From NCBI GenBank assembly GCA_017499595.2, contig CM038998.1:806001-870000 (forward strand): 64,000 nucleotides of DNA, read 5' to 3'. The notes under the pieces are model-generated. The model had not been told where the DNA came from. It saw only the letters and a list, made by a program, of their open reading frames with translations, and ran no database searches. Shown in pieces: positions 1-14,164 of the stretch (its first letter is position 1; every line of letters begins with the position of its first letter). Both the position numbers and the translations under genes were made by a program. The stretch is from Psilocybe cubensis (taxonomy: Eukaryota).

Positions 1-3000
1 TGTATGGGAACAATTGGGCTAGCGAGGCGAACTGAGCGCACAGTCAATGTGGTTCACGCCTAAGCGTCGAGGTTCGAATCGATGACAGATAAACTCCCGA
101 AGCTTGGAAACATAGACGACTTGGGCGCATCCAAATCCGGAGCAACTGAGCGGTTTCCTGATGGCTGAAGAATCAAAATGAGCGGATAAGAAGCTTCTTT
201 TGGGCGATGGATGGATATTCATGTTCGTTTTGATTATCTTCCGAAGACATTACCCACCTTTGGCAACACGTGTGGAGACTTGTATATATGTTTATATCTA
301 TGAAAGAGGTCAGTAAGTTTACGATAAGACTGAAGTCCAACCGACCATGGGCCTTTCTGAAGCAAATGTTGGAGAGTAAAACAAGCTCACTCGTAGTGAG
401 CCTTAATGAGAATGGGTTTCGGATTTTGAGTCCTGCATCTGCAACGGCCATCAAAAAATTGCTCAAAAAATTGCCGTACCCATCAGTTGTCCTGACGGAA
501 TGGGAGATATCTTTGTCCGCCGTCGATCGCTGACGATGATGGAATGAAAGTTAGTAATATTTTGAAAGCTCTTCATCCCACGAGAGAACCTGATACCAAT
601 ATGCAGATATCTTTTGCGCAATGGATATAGATGCTTCCGTTCTTGGAAACAGTGTAACCACGGAGCCATGGAGATCATGCCAGATTTGTGTTAGATTACG
701 GTGATTTTGGCGAACCTGTTGTAGTCTCCGTATGGCGCAGATGGTCAAAAGTCGAAGTTTCTTTTCGATCAAGCTCCGCAGGTCATCTGATAGCTCAGAG
801 CTATATAGAAGATAAATGTGACAAATGAAAAGCGAGTTTGTTTACAGTAGATGATTTTTTGAGCTTTCCTCGAGTTAGTTCAATGTTTGCATACCGTGAA
901 TTTCTGCGTTAAAACAATGCTTAGCAGATTGCACGCCGCTGTACATCTCGATAGCTAGACAAAGATTGAAATTAAATCGAATTATTAAACGCATTGAAAC
1001 AGACCTAAGTATGACTCTCGGTCCATGGTCGCATCTAGTAATAAGGCGTTGTCGCTGTGGCGGTGGCGTGTTCTAGTCACAACACCCACAACGTCAACTA
1101 TTCCTTGATAAACAATACTTATTGACTAGAGGATGATTAATGTTTGAAGTTTGCCATACAGTCCAGACGCCGAGTCTAGAACGGTTGCAGCTGGGAAAGA
1201 GATGTTTGTCAGAGTGATATATGCGGTGAACAATATATACACAACTTGTAACTGTCAATGAGCGCCGCACAAGCATATTCACAGTAGGGACAGGCACGAA
1301 TGCCATGGGAGCTTATTTCCCTTGTAGTGATCGTTAAATGATTTTGGATACTTTTAAATTTATAGATGAACACGTATTAGGCGTTTCCGCTCACCGACGA
1401 AGAGTATATATGGGCCTCGTGAGAGCCGGTGTACGGTATACACACCGTATTGATCAAGTTTGCAACATTCACAATCCATGGACAAAGTTGACTCGGATGT
1501 ACATATCATGCGACCACAGCAAATCCTGTTTGCGTGCGTTAGTATAGTACCTGGCAATGCTCTGTATTATTCCATTCTTCGGTGATGAGCCGACTCACGT
1601 TTGGTAATGGAAAGCTAAGCGCTCTGATGTGTATAAAATGGCAATTCAATCCTACAATAAATCTCGGCCACGACTTCAACAGAAGTTATCGCATAGAGAA
1701 TACCACATCATAAGCGACTTGAGAAGACAGGTCATGAATAATAGATTACGCACATCATCTAAAGAATCCGTGGAAGTCTTGAAATTTTGAACTTCCGTCA
1801 ATCAGGCATCCATCTGCAAAAAGTGGTTCAAGCAAGCAGACTATTGGGCCATTAGGCCAGGTTTATCATAGCCGGGCAGTACGGAGCCTGTGGAGGTGCC
1901 GATAAGTCATGAGAAGACCAACGTCGTATGGACTTGTGGGTTTATTCGAGGATATGAATAACACGCATCGGCTCAAAATTAGAACCCAAAGGCTAGCAAG
2001 TGCGACCCTGCGCCAGAGTGTCCGTCCGTCAATTGCTCTGACTGACGTACCAGTCAACGATAAAATTAGGAAAGTTTGCGCCGAAGATCAGCCACTTTAG
2101 CAAACATGATGCCCAATAGGTATTTGGGGTAACATTAGGAAATAGCCCTTTGGTCCGTCTTGACACTCAGGGTGCAGTTAAGTTCAGATACCCTATCTTG
2201 TAATTTTTCCGTCGAAAGGTGACTCGCCTTTCGCCCCTACCACAAGAGACCTGGAAACTGGGTAAAAGGGTCGCCATTGACAAGCAGTGCCTCCTGGCAC
2301 TTCATTTTAAGGGTGCAATGGAAAACAATTCGTCTCTCCTTTTACAAACGACGTGCGAAAGACTGTAAACCGGATTTGTGACCAGCGACACCCTAGTTTC
2401 CAATAAGAGAGGACATAGGCGTTAAGAGTATATAACTGGTCAAAACATATACTCAAAATTTCCATGAATTCAAAAGAAAGTCGTGAGCTTTGATAATAGC
2501 ACATTACAAAGCATATTGCTGATGATAACGCTTCTGCCGAAACAGAACTCTTATACATGATTAGATTGACATATACAAGTTTGCGGAGAAGACGAACCTG
2601 CATAGGAGTAGAACTGCCCGCATGCTGTATGGGCGCCATTTTCGGACATCTGGAGACATTTGATTAATGAAAAGGAAGGACGCACCGGTTGAATGACTGT
2701 TGGAGTTCGGATTTGAAAGTATATGGCCGAGTTGATATCTAGAATCGTAGAGTCTGGCGACTAGAAGCCACGATTTGTTCAAGCTAACTTTGGTGGCGAC
2801 TCAGACTCGAGCCTTGCATAGAACTGTGGGAATTGATATGGGCAGTATATGTTTTGCCGGTCACAAGCACTTCCGATGAGGAGTAAATATCAGGCGCACA
2901 TGTTTTTCATATCACGCTTTGAGGGTACTAATGAATTAATACTGGGAGGTAACATTGCCTGAAGAAGTCAGAAAAAGCACAATACCTCATACGCTTTCCA

Positions 3001-3250
3001 AGTAATGGTATCGTCCAGTAAAATAACAGATCTTTTGCTGGTCGGCATCTGCTACATGCAACCCCTTCGCAATAAAGAGATTCGGCAAAATCTTTGCTGT
3101 TCGGACATCGTAACGATTCAAGCGAACGGGAAAATCGGTGTCCAGGGTTGAAGAGGTCTCGAACATATTCTCTGATTTCATCACGGCTTTTCATACGCTA
3201 TAAATTGGCATAAATACCTTGACAATATCAGCAAACATCATGTATTTGGT
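1..3250 (-). CDS. Possible multi-exon hypothetical gene(s); boundaries unresolved
   Basis: Chain of protein-like minus-strand ORF pieces (2928-3194, 2307-2639, 1360-1557, 551-772, 173-466) with GTATG-type donors near 890 and 2990. No recognisable domain. Confidence 0.25.
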
Positions 3251-6200
3251 ACGTCAGATCCATACCATTGTGTGGTTAGGTGTCAAAAATCAGTTCATGG
3301 TTACATGAGGAATAAACCGTTGATGTATAGTCAGTTCAAACCTTCGGCAGGTGAACACACAACCGCCTTGTGTCATGATGGGAACAGTGGCAAAAAGGAA
3401 GCCCACATGATACTACAAGAGATCATGACATGATGCCGTCATGCCAGGTAACGCCGTCTCTTGGCTATTACGCGGATGCATCAAAGTTGAAGACGGCAAG
3501 GCTCCTGACAGTCAGAACAGAATAGCGAAAGACGTTATCCAAATCTCCGTCGACATCTAGCACAAGAAGCTCCAGCGGAAGAGCAGGCCCCAAAAAGCTG
3601 GCATTACCCAAACGGGAAAGAAGAAACGTGTATGGTTAACATAGAGGAAGACTTCAACGCCCCTTGAGTAACCAAAACACAGTTGAACTTTCTCATTTCG
3701 AGCTAGTGCTGTCGAGCATGATGGGGAGTGTCCACTTAGCATTCACACTGGCTACAATATGCTGTTCGAATCTTGCGACGGAGGAGCATTGAACAAGAGA
3801 AGCTTCAGACAAGCGGAAAGTAGACTTCCAGAAGCTGTTTCAGCAGCAGTTGATGGAACAAACGAATCTATGTCGTAAACACTACAAGTGAGCAATAACG
3901 AGGTGGAAGCTAAAATCCTTACTAAGGTTGAGTCCAAAGTTATCACAACGTCAATTTGAATTTAGTAGCCAACAGCAAAAGCGTAGTTTGGCGACATGGG
4001 TGTCGACAAAAAAAGAGATTTTGATAGTGGTCCAGTGGAGAGACAGAAGGAGATGAGGGAGGGCGTTGACAAAAGTCGCGGATACTTCTGAACCGATATT
4101 ATGAGAATTTCTAACATTAGAATTCCATGTTGGTGCAACGGAGTCCTTACCTGTCAGGAAGTAAATGTAGAACTTTCTTCATCGTCACTTTCCCTTCCAT
4201 TGTGGAATCTTGAGATTAGCAAAATAGAAAAGCTCGATTGGTTCAATGTGCGGTTCAATGGGCAGGTCCGACAAGATTCAAGGGCCGTTGTCTTCTATGA
4301 CTGAAGAGGTCAAGAAAATTCAAAAGAGATGCAACGGACTGAGTTTGAAGACAACTCACCATACAGCCTTAGTATCAACGTATGCATCCGCCGGAGAACA
4401 TTCCCATTCTTCCACTCTGAGACTATGCGCAGTCAGACGACTGCTCTGAAGCTCCTGCCGTTGCGACCGCTTCCAGAAGATCCAGAGTATCCTAGACTCT
4501 TACAGTTGAGAACCCTTGATTCTTTTCTCATCTCAAGAGAGGAACATGGGAAGGTGATGCACAGGACGGCTGGACTTGGATTGGGGGGGGTTCAACACGT
4601 TCAACCATGGGTGGCGCGGCGAATTGCTCCCGGTGCCGATGTCCCGGTATCTACCGTGAATTTTATTCAGATTGATGGCCGTTCGGCAGACCTCAAGCAC
4701 TTCAATCATCAATGGAGTTTGAGGGCACGGCTGCTCACACATTGAAATTTGAATTGCATTGAAATAATATAGCTGCAAGTCAGACCAATTGTAGAGTAAA
4801 GCTTATTTCAAGTAAAAATAATACCTTTTCCTCAGAAATCATACTGGAAACCGTTGGCAGCAGACATCTGAATACTAGTGAACGGCCGCGGTTACGGCCA
4901 CACAGCCAAGCGTTAACTTTAACAAAAGGACATTTAAATGCATGGCACGCAAGCTTCCGAATCTGAAAGGGACAGGTGTCTGAGGGTATTATTGTTCGAA
5001 AGGAATTATAATGATGGGCCTAAGGCTAGAGAAAGTTATACCATATATCCAATTCATACGGGTTGATGCACTTGGACATTGGTAAAATGCACGCCGAGGA
5101 GTAGAGTGACAAACCGCTATGGACTTCCATTCAAACAGTAACCTAGTTGTATAAATGTAGATGGCGATCACTGGGGCTGCCAACGCCTCACCCGGATGAT
5201 CCTCGCTTTCCAGGCTCTCCTCTTGTCAGGTCAAAACACGAGCAAACGACACCTAATGGCCCTGTTGAATCCCTGAAAGGCGGTGAGCAGCATCTGGGAT
5301 AAGCTCATGTAAATAACCATGGTTGTTCCTCCGTCATACTACCTGTTCGCTTTCTGCCGTGACCTGTAAACCTGATTAAACTAGCTGATCCTGGATCTCT
5401 CTGAATCTTTTCTTAACAGACCTCATGATTCCACAGAGTCTATTGAATGTGTTGTCAGCTCCTTAAATACATAGACGTCAGTGTGCGAAAGTCCGTATTT
5501 GTACATGACTGACAGAGAATAATAGAAGCGCCATAAGCCTGGAAACTCAATTCACACCAACATGGTTCCAAAGGTCACAATGGCTGTTCCAATTACCTAC
5601 ATGTTTTATGTCGCTATTGATTAAATCAACTGTTAGTATAGCAATATCATACCCACAAATGTCACTTCTAAAGCCCTGGCAAGACGTTACGATGAACCCC
5701 AGGGCTCAACGAATCAAGGGTAATGGGGTCCATTTCACCTTCCCCAAGCGTATCCTTTCTCCGGCCAGCAACATCCATTGAGACGACCGCGTACGATAAT
5801 GTAAGCTTTGCCGTTGGACGCAGATCAAACCTTCGAGGTGAAGCGAAGGGTAGCTAACCGGCCGTTAACCAGATAAGTTTTGCTCCATTCGTCCATCCCC
5901 CCTGTCCGGAAATTTCCCAAATACGCACAATATTCCCAGCGCCCACAAATTCTACCGCCCACAGCACATGACCTTTGTGCGGGTTGCAGGAGTATAAGTG
6001 AGATGCAACATGAGGCATTGTGGGCTGGTAGCAAGATACATTATGTTGCTCTTGGCGTGCAGATTCTGAACGACTCTGAATACTTCTATGAACTTCGGGG
6101 CCTCACCCAGCGCCACATTCGCAGACTACAAAGCCAAGAACCTTTCTGACGGACATCAGTTCTTATCATCGGTGTTCATAATGGCGACCTATATAATGTA

Positions 6201-8973
6201 CTGAAATATCTCTTAACATTGGAAAGTGCCGACTATCAAGAGTATCCACCCCTCGCAGCCTTTTCCAAATTTTGACATTGACATCAACGCCCGTCCAATT
6301 CTCACTCACTATTTCATTTCAAACCACATCTGCTCCAAACACTGTATTTGCCTGTATATTTAGTCCTTCTCATTCAATCCACAGATCAGCATGCCGTTTC
6401 GCAAGAATAGCATCTCAGACGCATGTTTGTCAGAGAAGCACGATTTTTAACCGTGCGTGTGACATTCCTTTCTCCAGAAATTCAAATACGAGATTCGAAC
6501 GGCGAAGCAAGGGCATTGAGCTACATAACATTGAAGGGGCTGATATGTGCATCCATGTCGCCTAGCTGCACACTCGTCCGCCGAGTCCATTCCTCAGACC
6601 CACGGCACCACGTATGTGTGGTCTTTCTCACTCCGTATCTACTCAGTCAGCAAATCCACACCAGGAGTATCTTGCCTCCCTTCTCCCTCCGCTATATCTG
6701 TTACTCACACCCACAGCCAAAACCCTCCCTTCTTTCTCAGACCCAAAGGAAGATACGTACGTATGTCTAAAGTATCCTCACACAGTTCCAAATTCCGTGT
6801 TCCACATCTAAGAGTATATACGTATAATCGCTGCCTACAATCTTACGTCAAACCGTCAAACAAACTACAGTACAGTGACTCGGAATAGAGCGCTCCAGAC
6901 ACTGCTCCATCCGCCGCGACGACAGTATGTACTACTTATATTCCTGTCGTACTTTCGCATCTCCCTGCCGCCCACGGTGATCGCAGTGGCCAATTTATGT
7001 CATACTGCCAATTAAACTACTTACAAACTAATACTGAGTATATGGAATACAACAGGTTTCCGCGGCGTCGGTTAGATATATTGTTATTCTGGGCTAGTAG
7101 CGCAGCAGGACATGGAAAGGCGTACGAGGGATCTCTTTGTAATTTCCCGTGTCGTCCTTTGTCGTTAGCCCTCGAGAGGGGGTCTGTAGCGTCGCTGTAT
7201 CCCTGGCCTGCGTTACGGAGACACGAGGCACGAGGCGAATATCCCGCCTGCCTTTACGCTGCAAACTGCATGCGGTGGAAGCACTTAATGCTAAATATAA
7301 ACCAGAAACGCGTCCGAGTCCCTTATCAAACTTTAGTAAATATTAACTATTATCTATCGGCGTTCGCGCGTCCGCAAATGGGTTCAGATACTTTATGCCC
7401 ACTCGCGATTTGCTCGCCGCCGGGACTGCGATTAGTATTTAGTATTACAATTGAGTCTTGACTACTTATTAGTATGTGCATTTGTATTTGTATTGGTAAC
7501 TCGGAACATTACATGCGGGATCATGATCGTACAGTTGCTAAAATAAGTGCCTTTCTTCGTACTTGACTCTGTGGATCATAGGATAACATATTTATGCTGC
7601 GCAGGACGGCATGTCGATGTCACAGTTGTTAGAACTCGAAGCTCGGGGGGTGTACCTGACCACGATCCAAATATTAATATTATAATCACATTCAATCCAC
7701 ATTCCAGACCAATTCTGGCAGGCAGGGCACGCTGGTTAACTTTATCACTCTTACAGTAAACTGAAGTTGATCATCTTATAGTATCACATCTAGTAGTACT
7801 AGTTACCGTAAACTGGTGACTAAGTGCCTTGTCGCTATTCAAGTTACCTGAAAAAACATATGAGTCAGAATATAGCCTAACGGACTCAAGACTATTTACT
7901 AATAGCAATACTAATAATTGACTCGGAGTCGTAATTCCAGGGGTTGGATTTGGAGACATACATAATGCTAGAACTTAGAATAGTAGAAATGACTCATCAG
8001 TATAATATATACATTTATCAGGTTCAAAGTGAGTATGTAAGTAGGTAAGCAACTAGGTAATATGTGATGACTCGGAACTTGGATGCAAGGATACCTGTAT
8101 CCGAAGGACTGATTCAGATGTACAAGCGCCTTGCAATTGGGGACGACTCGGATCTACCCGCGATGCATGCAGGGTGGATTCGATGTTACAGTAAGCGCCC
8201 TAGAGTCAGATCCCGCCCCTTCTACCAAGGCCTACGTACATACATACGTATTTATATATATAAATATAGATGACTACACTACGTATAACAAAGTTCAGTA
8301 ATTATCGGGGGTGGATTTATTCATGGTAAGTATGTATCGTCACGGCACGATTCTAAGCGCCTGACAGCCAGGCCCACTGCCTCAGGGCACCCGCGCCGAT
8401 ACGCCGTCAAGCTTCCGGAGTCAGGACGGGAGTCCACTAGTATTACTTACCTGAGAACGACTACCTACTACCTACCTACGTAGTACAATACCCAGACTCA
8501 TATATCATTCCAAGACTAAAGAGAAACATAAACATGGCGACATGAACATGTTCATGGAGGTGGCATAGAGATGATATAGTAAGTACACACGCACGCTACG
8601 TCGCTAACCCTCCGATCTGATGCCCCAGACGTCATTGGAATCATTATATTAGTTCTTCTTCGCGTCTTCGCGTCCGCGCGTCCGCGCGTCCTGGTTCCTC
8701 TCCTCGCGTCCACGCATCCGCACTTGTTGTTGTTGTATTGTTGTTGTATTGTATTATTGTTGTGTTGTTGTGTTGTTATAGACATCATCAAGAAAGACAA
8801 GTAAATGGACAAACATTGAATTCGCCTTTTCATTGTTCAATTCAAGTCCCTCGCTTGCCTTTGCTAGCTAATTAGCATCGAGTTGAGTCTCGACGAGGAC
8901 GAGGACGAGGACGAAGAGGAGGACGAGGAGTGGCGTCGGGATTAACGTGGTAAAGTAATTGATTTATGTTGTA

Positions 8974-9954
8974 TAGTTGAGGACAATCAAAGACATCAAT
9001 TTTCGTATCTCAGGAACGCGAATTTTCTGGCAAAAACTAACGACGGATTCGAACTCGGACGGTCAAATAGCGTCTAAAAACACACTTTTCGTAAAATTCC
9101 CACGAGGTTTTGACCACCGCCAAATTTTTTGGCCAAAAAATTTCAAAATATAGTCATGTTACTTGGTGCCGGGCAGCTCGGCGACTCCAAATTTTACCAC
9201 GAATTACTCGCTGCACAATCGGCCGGCCTAATTTTGCTTTCTCACTGCCCACACCGCTGTAACTCGCCGTCAAATCAAGATAAGCACCCGTAAAGCGCCA
9301 GGAGCAATTGATGAAAAAACGAATATTATTGGTGGAACATGCTTTGGAAGTGCTTCAAGATGTTTTTTTTTTTGCTCAGATTCTGTATCCTAGCTGCTTC
9401 TTGAAATGTCTTTTTTTTCAACTTCACAATGGCAGTATTGCACAGTCATCCCCAGCACTATAGACATAGTTTATGAATAGGAGTAGCCATAGCTAAAAAG
9501 GATAATAGCTTGCCAGTTCTACAGGATTCAATTTCCAATGGAATTTTCACTCAAAATGCATTCATGGCCTTGAGAGAAAAGAAGATTGAGGAAGTTATTG
9601 TTTTAGGCCGGCAATGTTCCTCATTTGCTTGGGTGGTCTGCCGTTAGGTGGCATCTTGCCGAATTTATTTAAGGGGAACGGCTCGATAATTTTTTTTGAT
9701 ATTTCAGGCGCGAACCCAGAATATCAAAAGCTATCTAAAAATGAATTTTTCGAGAATTTAGCGAATTTTTTTGACCACCGCCAAATTTTTTGGGAAATTT
9801 TTTCCAAAAAAGTTGAATCTGAAAAATCTGCTCGTGCAAATCGTTTAATTAGACGTAGTATTACCTATTAAAACAGTTTCTAGGCACCCTACATGTTTGT
9901 CATAGTCTACATAATTCGTGCAAAAAAATTGATGTCTTTGATTGTCCTCAACTG
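8974..9954 (-). mobile_element. Internally deleted Tc1/mariner (IS630-type DDE) transposon
   Basis: ~30-bp TIRs (T/C)AGTTGAGGACAATCAAAGACATCAATTTT flanked by TA (8972-73, 9955-56). Minus strand ~9200-9653 carries decayed transposase text: MPPNGRPPKQMRNIAGL, HECIL..KFHWKLNPVEL, EVEKK/TFQEA, IRFFINCSWRF, AVWAVRKQ. Confidence 0.85.
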
Positions 9955-12231
9955 TAGTTATAGTTGTGATTACACCTCGAGGCCATTTCCATTTCCATTT
10001 CTACTTCATACTTCATCTCGCTTCAGTCATCTCGTGTGTTTTCTCTTCCCATGTTTTTTCATATTCTCTCATGTTTTCGTGTTTTCATGTTCTCATACTC
10101 ATACTCGGATTCGGATTCCAGTGTTCCGAACAATCACAAAATTAAAAATTAAAAATTAAATGGTGAGGTGAGGTGAGCCGAGGATCGAGCGATTTGATGC
10201 CTGCGCCGTACGGTAACGCCAAGTCGCTAGTGGTAGCACGTACCACTGGCAGTCCTAGTCATCCGTTAATCATGATCAGCACCACTATCACTGTCAGTAT
10301 CACTATCATTTTATTTATTACAAGGTTGAGAGAGTAGTAATAAGAAAGGGATCGTTACATTACCATTGTATATCGATCTAAATATTTATCAAACAAAGGC
10401 AATGACAACGACAGCGTGCTCACCACCACCGTCCTCGTCACCACCACCACCCTCGACGTCAGCGATACGGTTAACCCTCGAGGTTAGCCGCCAGCCTGAG
10501 CGTAACGTACGTACGTGAATCACCAGTGTCACTGTATCATATCCCCGAGATATCCGAATACTTACACACGTCGCAGCCAAGTATGCACTAATAGTAATAG
10601 TAACCATTCTTCATGATCAATTCCTGTATGTTCATATGACGTCAGGATTTCAGGATTTCAGCTTCGTTTCTCCGTTTTTTTTTTTCGTTTTTCCGTGCAA
10701 CCCGTTTTCTAATCCTAATGTACATGTGCGTAATTCCATTTCTCGATTTCTCGATTTCCCGATTTCTCAATTTCTCAATTTCGCAATTTCTTATTATGTA
10801 CATCCCATTTCCATTTCCATTTGCACTCAATTTCCATTTGCAAATTTGAAATTTGAAATTTGTCCTCGACAGGGCGGGCGCCAAGAAAACGCGACGCGAC
10901 GCGATCGCGTTCAGATGCATACGACGCGTCTTTGTCTTTGACTCGCTTCAATTTCAGACTTCAGACTTCAAACTTCAGCAGTCCAGACTTCAGAGCCCAG
11001 ACTCCAGACTTCAGACGCGTTTTTTTTTTTAAAAAAAAACGTTTATATTATATAAGAATATACATCCATCCATCCGTCAATCCGTCCATCCATCCACGAC
11101 TTCCAATGAGATTCCGATAGGACAGGACAGGACAGGAAAAAATTTCAAAAAAAAAAATAAATAAATTGCGAACCGATTTGCGAATTGCGAATTGCGAATT
11201 GCGAAGTCGAACGCGATGCGAAGAAGATGCGTGTGCATATACAACGGTGCGGTGCGTCATCGATGCGTCATACCCAACCATTACCCTTACTCAACCTTAC
11301 GCTTACCCAACCATACCCAAACTAGTGTCGTTCCTCGACGTAATTTATATATGTATTGTATTGTATTGTATTATACATTGTTTAGAATTGAAGCATGGTG
11401 GGTTACAGGGCAAGAGTATCAGGATTGTCTGGATTGTCAGTACGGGCAGGACAGCGATTCCAGGATATCAACTTGAATTTCTAAGAGAGTTCGAAGGACT
11501 GTACATACCACATTGATCCCACATCCCACATACCACATCCCACATCTCACATCCCACATGCTTGCGAATAAGTGTATAACTTGGGTATTGTGAGCAGCAG
11601 GCGAATCGAATAGTGGGATAGTGGGTAGGCGAATAGTGCGAGGAAATAGCAATTAAGCAACAAGTACTTGGGTTACGGTAAATAACTTGTATAATTACGA
11701 GAAGAAAGCGCTGCGTTGCGAGGCATGGTAATGGTAATGGTATTAGATCGTGGATCATTGACGATCCCTGTCGATTTTATTCCTTTTTTTTGTTTGCCGA
11801 TGATACTCCAATGTCCAATTTCTGGTTTCTGGTTTCTGGTTTCTAGGTTTCTGATAATGATTTCCGGCGATTTCTTAATGATAATGATTTCTGATGAGGT
11901 GGGGCTAAGACTAGGACTAGGTACAGCCAGTGCCAGTGCCGACGCCGATGCTAAGGATAAGGATAATGTTAGGATAATATACGGATAATGTAAGGATAAG
12001 GATGATATAGGATGAAGCTAAGGATAAGGATAAAGCAAGGCCAAGCCAGAAGCTAGCGTAGCACAGATAGCATATGGACTTGCGGAGTAGATGGCGTATG
12101 GACTCGGAGTAGATAGTCTAATCTGATTCAATACGATGTAACATGAGATACAATACGGTGCGATACAACGCGATGCGATACAACGCGATGCGATACAACG
12201 CGATACGGTGCGGTGCGATGCGATTCGATGT

Positions 12232-12386
12232 GATACGATGTAATGTGATACCGGGATTTGTAGGTGAGTAGGTGGGTTAGGTGGGTTAGGTGTTCCAAAC
12301 GAGATACGATGAGATACGATGCAATGTGATACCGGGATTTGTAGGTCAGTAGGTGGGTTAGGTCAGTAGGGGTTAGGTGTTCCAAC
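12232..12386 (+). repeat. Imperfect tandem duplication, ~80-bp unit x2
   Basis: GATACGATG(T/C)AATGTGATACCGGGATTTGTAGGT(G/C)AGTAGGTGGGTTAGGT...GTTAGGTGTTCCAA occurs twice. Confidence 0.8.
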
Positions 12387-13504
12387 TTCCGGCGGCTACG
12401 GCGGTACGGCTGTTACACTTACACTTACGAGGGGGTTTGGTTGGTGGGGTGGAGTGAGAGGATGTATACGGTGCTGATGTTGTGTGCTAATGTGGTGTGG
12501 TGAGGGTGAGGGTGAGGGTGAGGGTAAGTGGGTGGGAATTTGAACTTGAACTTGAACTTGAACTGGGAACTGGGAAATAAGCGCAGTGTACGACATGACT
12601 TTAGAACAGAACAGAACAGGATTAAACAGACTTTGAACTTTGACTGAGAATCAGAGAACTTTAAGTCATTTAATGTAATCTAATGTCAAGTAAACCTTAG
12701 CTTGGGAGTTGGATTTGGATTCGGAGTTGGACTTGGTAAAGTAAGCAAGTGGCAAATGTAATTGTAAACCCGTGGGGTTGGGGGTGGGGACGAAGGACGG
12801 AGGACGGAGACGGGGACTTGCTGTCATTGTCAAGGATTGTCATTGTGGTGACTAGTGAGTGGTGCCGTAGGCAGTGTAAATGGCAAGTAGTAGATTTAGA
12901 ACGCAAACAGAAACGGAAACAGAAACAGAAAAAGAAACGAGGGAGGGGGTGCTGTTATGTTTATGTTACGCAGGATAAGAATAAGTCTAAGATTAGAAAT
13001 AGAATAGGTGAAAGGCGGGGATAGGTGGATTATGTTATGAGAGTTGATCGCCGCTGATGGGGTGATGTAATGTAATGTGGGTGTGGGAACGGGATAGGCG
13101 GCGGCAGGGACAGAACCTTCAATCCAAGGGGGGAGGGGAAGGGGAAAGGGAAAGGGAAGGGGGAGGACCGAGGAATGGCATTGGCAGGTGAGGTCATCAA
13201 CGGGCATCTGCGTTGGGTATTACGCGATCATGCGCTGCCGTTGTTGTTGTTGTTGAGGCAGAAAGACGTGGACGTGCCCCCCTCCCCCCCCTTCTTCGCT
13301 GAATCTCAATCGCATTCGCACCTCCCCGCGTCGACGGAGACGGAGATGAATTTGCGATTAATTTGGGTCGTTGCGTTTGCTTTAGGCATTCGATTGAGAT
13401 TGAGATTGCGATTCTGATTCTTGCCTTGCCTTGCATTGAATACAAATACCCTTCTTCACTTACACTCCGTTTCTCCCCTCCCCTCCCTCCCTCCCTTCCC
13501 TATA

Positions 13505-14096
13505 AGATTGGGCTCATCAGGAACCAGCACCCCCTTAGGTAAGCAAAAGTTGGCTTACCTCCGAACCTTTTCAACCCTTCTGCACTCACACTATTCTACA
13601 TTTTTGAACCACAGATATGTAGGTTATGCTTCTTTGAACACATCTGTGGTTTTTTTTTTCAAAAAAATTTTGATCTCAAGAAGTTATAAAGATTTTAATT
13701 TTTTTCCTTTTTTTTTAGTCTAACACGTCAGAAATGGTGTTTTCTCGAGTTTGGGAGATTTTCGAAAATTTGACAATGTTCTTTTGGCCGCTTATATAAT
13801 GGTACACGTGACCACACGTGACAATAAGTCACGCCTAAGTAATACCTCTCAGACTCATTATGGACTTCCAGAGACTACAATTTGACCTCTGAGGTGTAAT
13901 TCTATTATTGTGGGCATAAAGGCTAGTAGTAAGGATTGTATATGCACATTTATGAATTTTTTTTTTTTAAACTTTTTGTCTGAAACCATTTTCCGTCAAC
14001 ATAACTTTTGATTTTTTTTTCGAGCTGGATTTTGGCCGCTCTTGGCGCCAAGCCCATTGATTACGTAAGGGTGCTGGTTTCTGATGAGCCCAATCT
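13505..14096. mobile_element. 592-bp MITE (TA target duplication, Tc1/mariner/pogo-type), copy 1
   Basis: 28-bp TIRs AGATTGGGCTCATCAG(G/A)AACCAGCACCC, TA on both sides (13503-04, 14097-98), no coding capacity. The same element occurs inverted at 55573-56754. Confidence 0.93.
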
Positions 14097-14164
14097 TAGT
14101 ACTATCCCATCCCATCTCCTGCGTCCCCAACAATAAACACACACATACAACTAACCACCGCATC

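Noticed and set aside
3400-7000. Protein-like fragments on both strands
   Set aside because: Interrupted by stops; no family recognised and no consistent gene model could be built.
12265-12380. GGGTTAGG runs resembling telomeric repeats
   Set aside because: No consecutive TTAGGG array; explained by local duplication.
13128-13165. Polypurine G-run tract (G-quadruplex/H-DNA potential)
   Set aside because: One of many such tracts in the SSR domain; nothing specific supports a function.
7400-13500. Many 60-115-aa ORFs
   Set aside because: Translations simply mirror microsatellites; no domain or exon logic.
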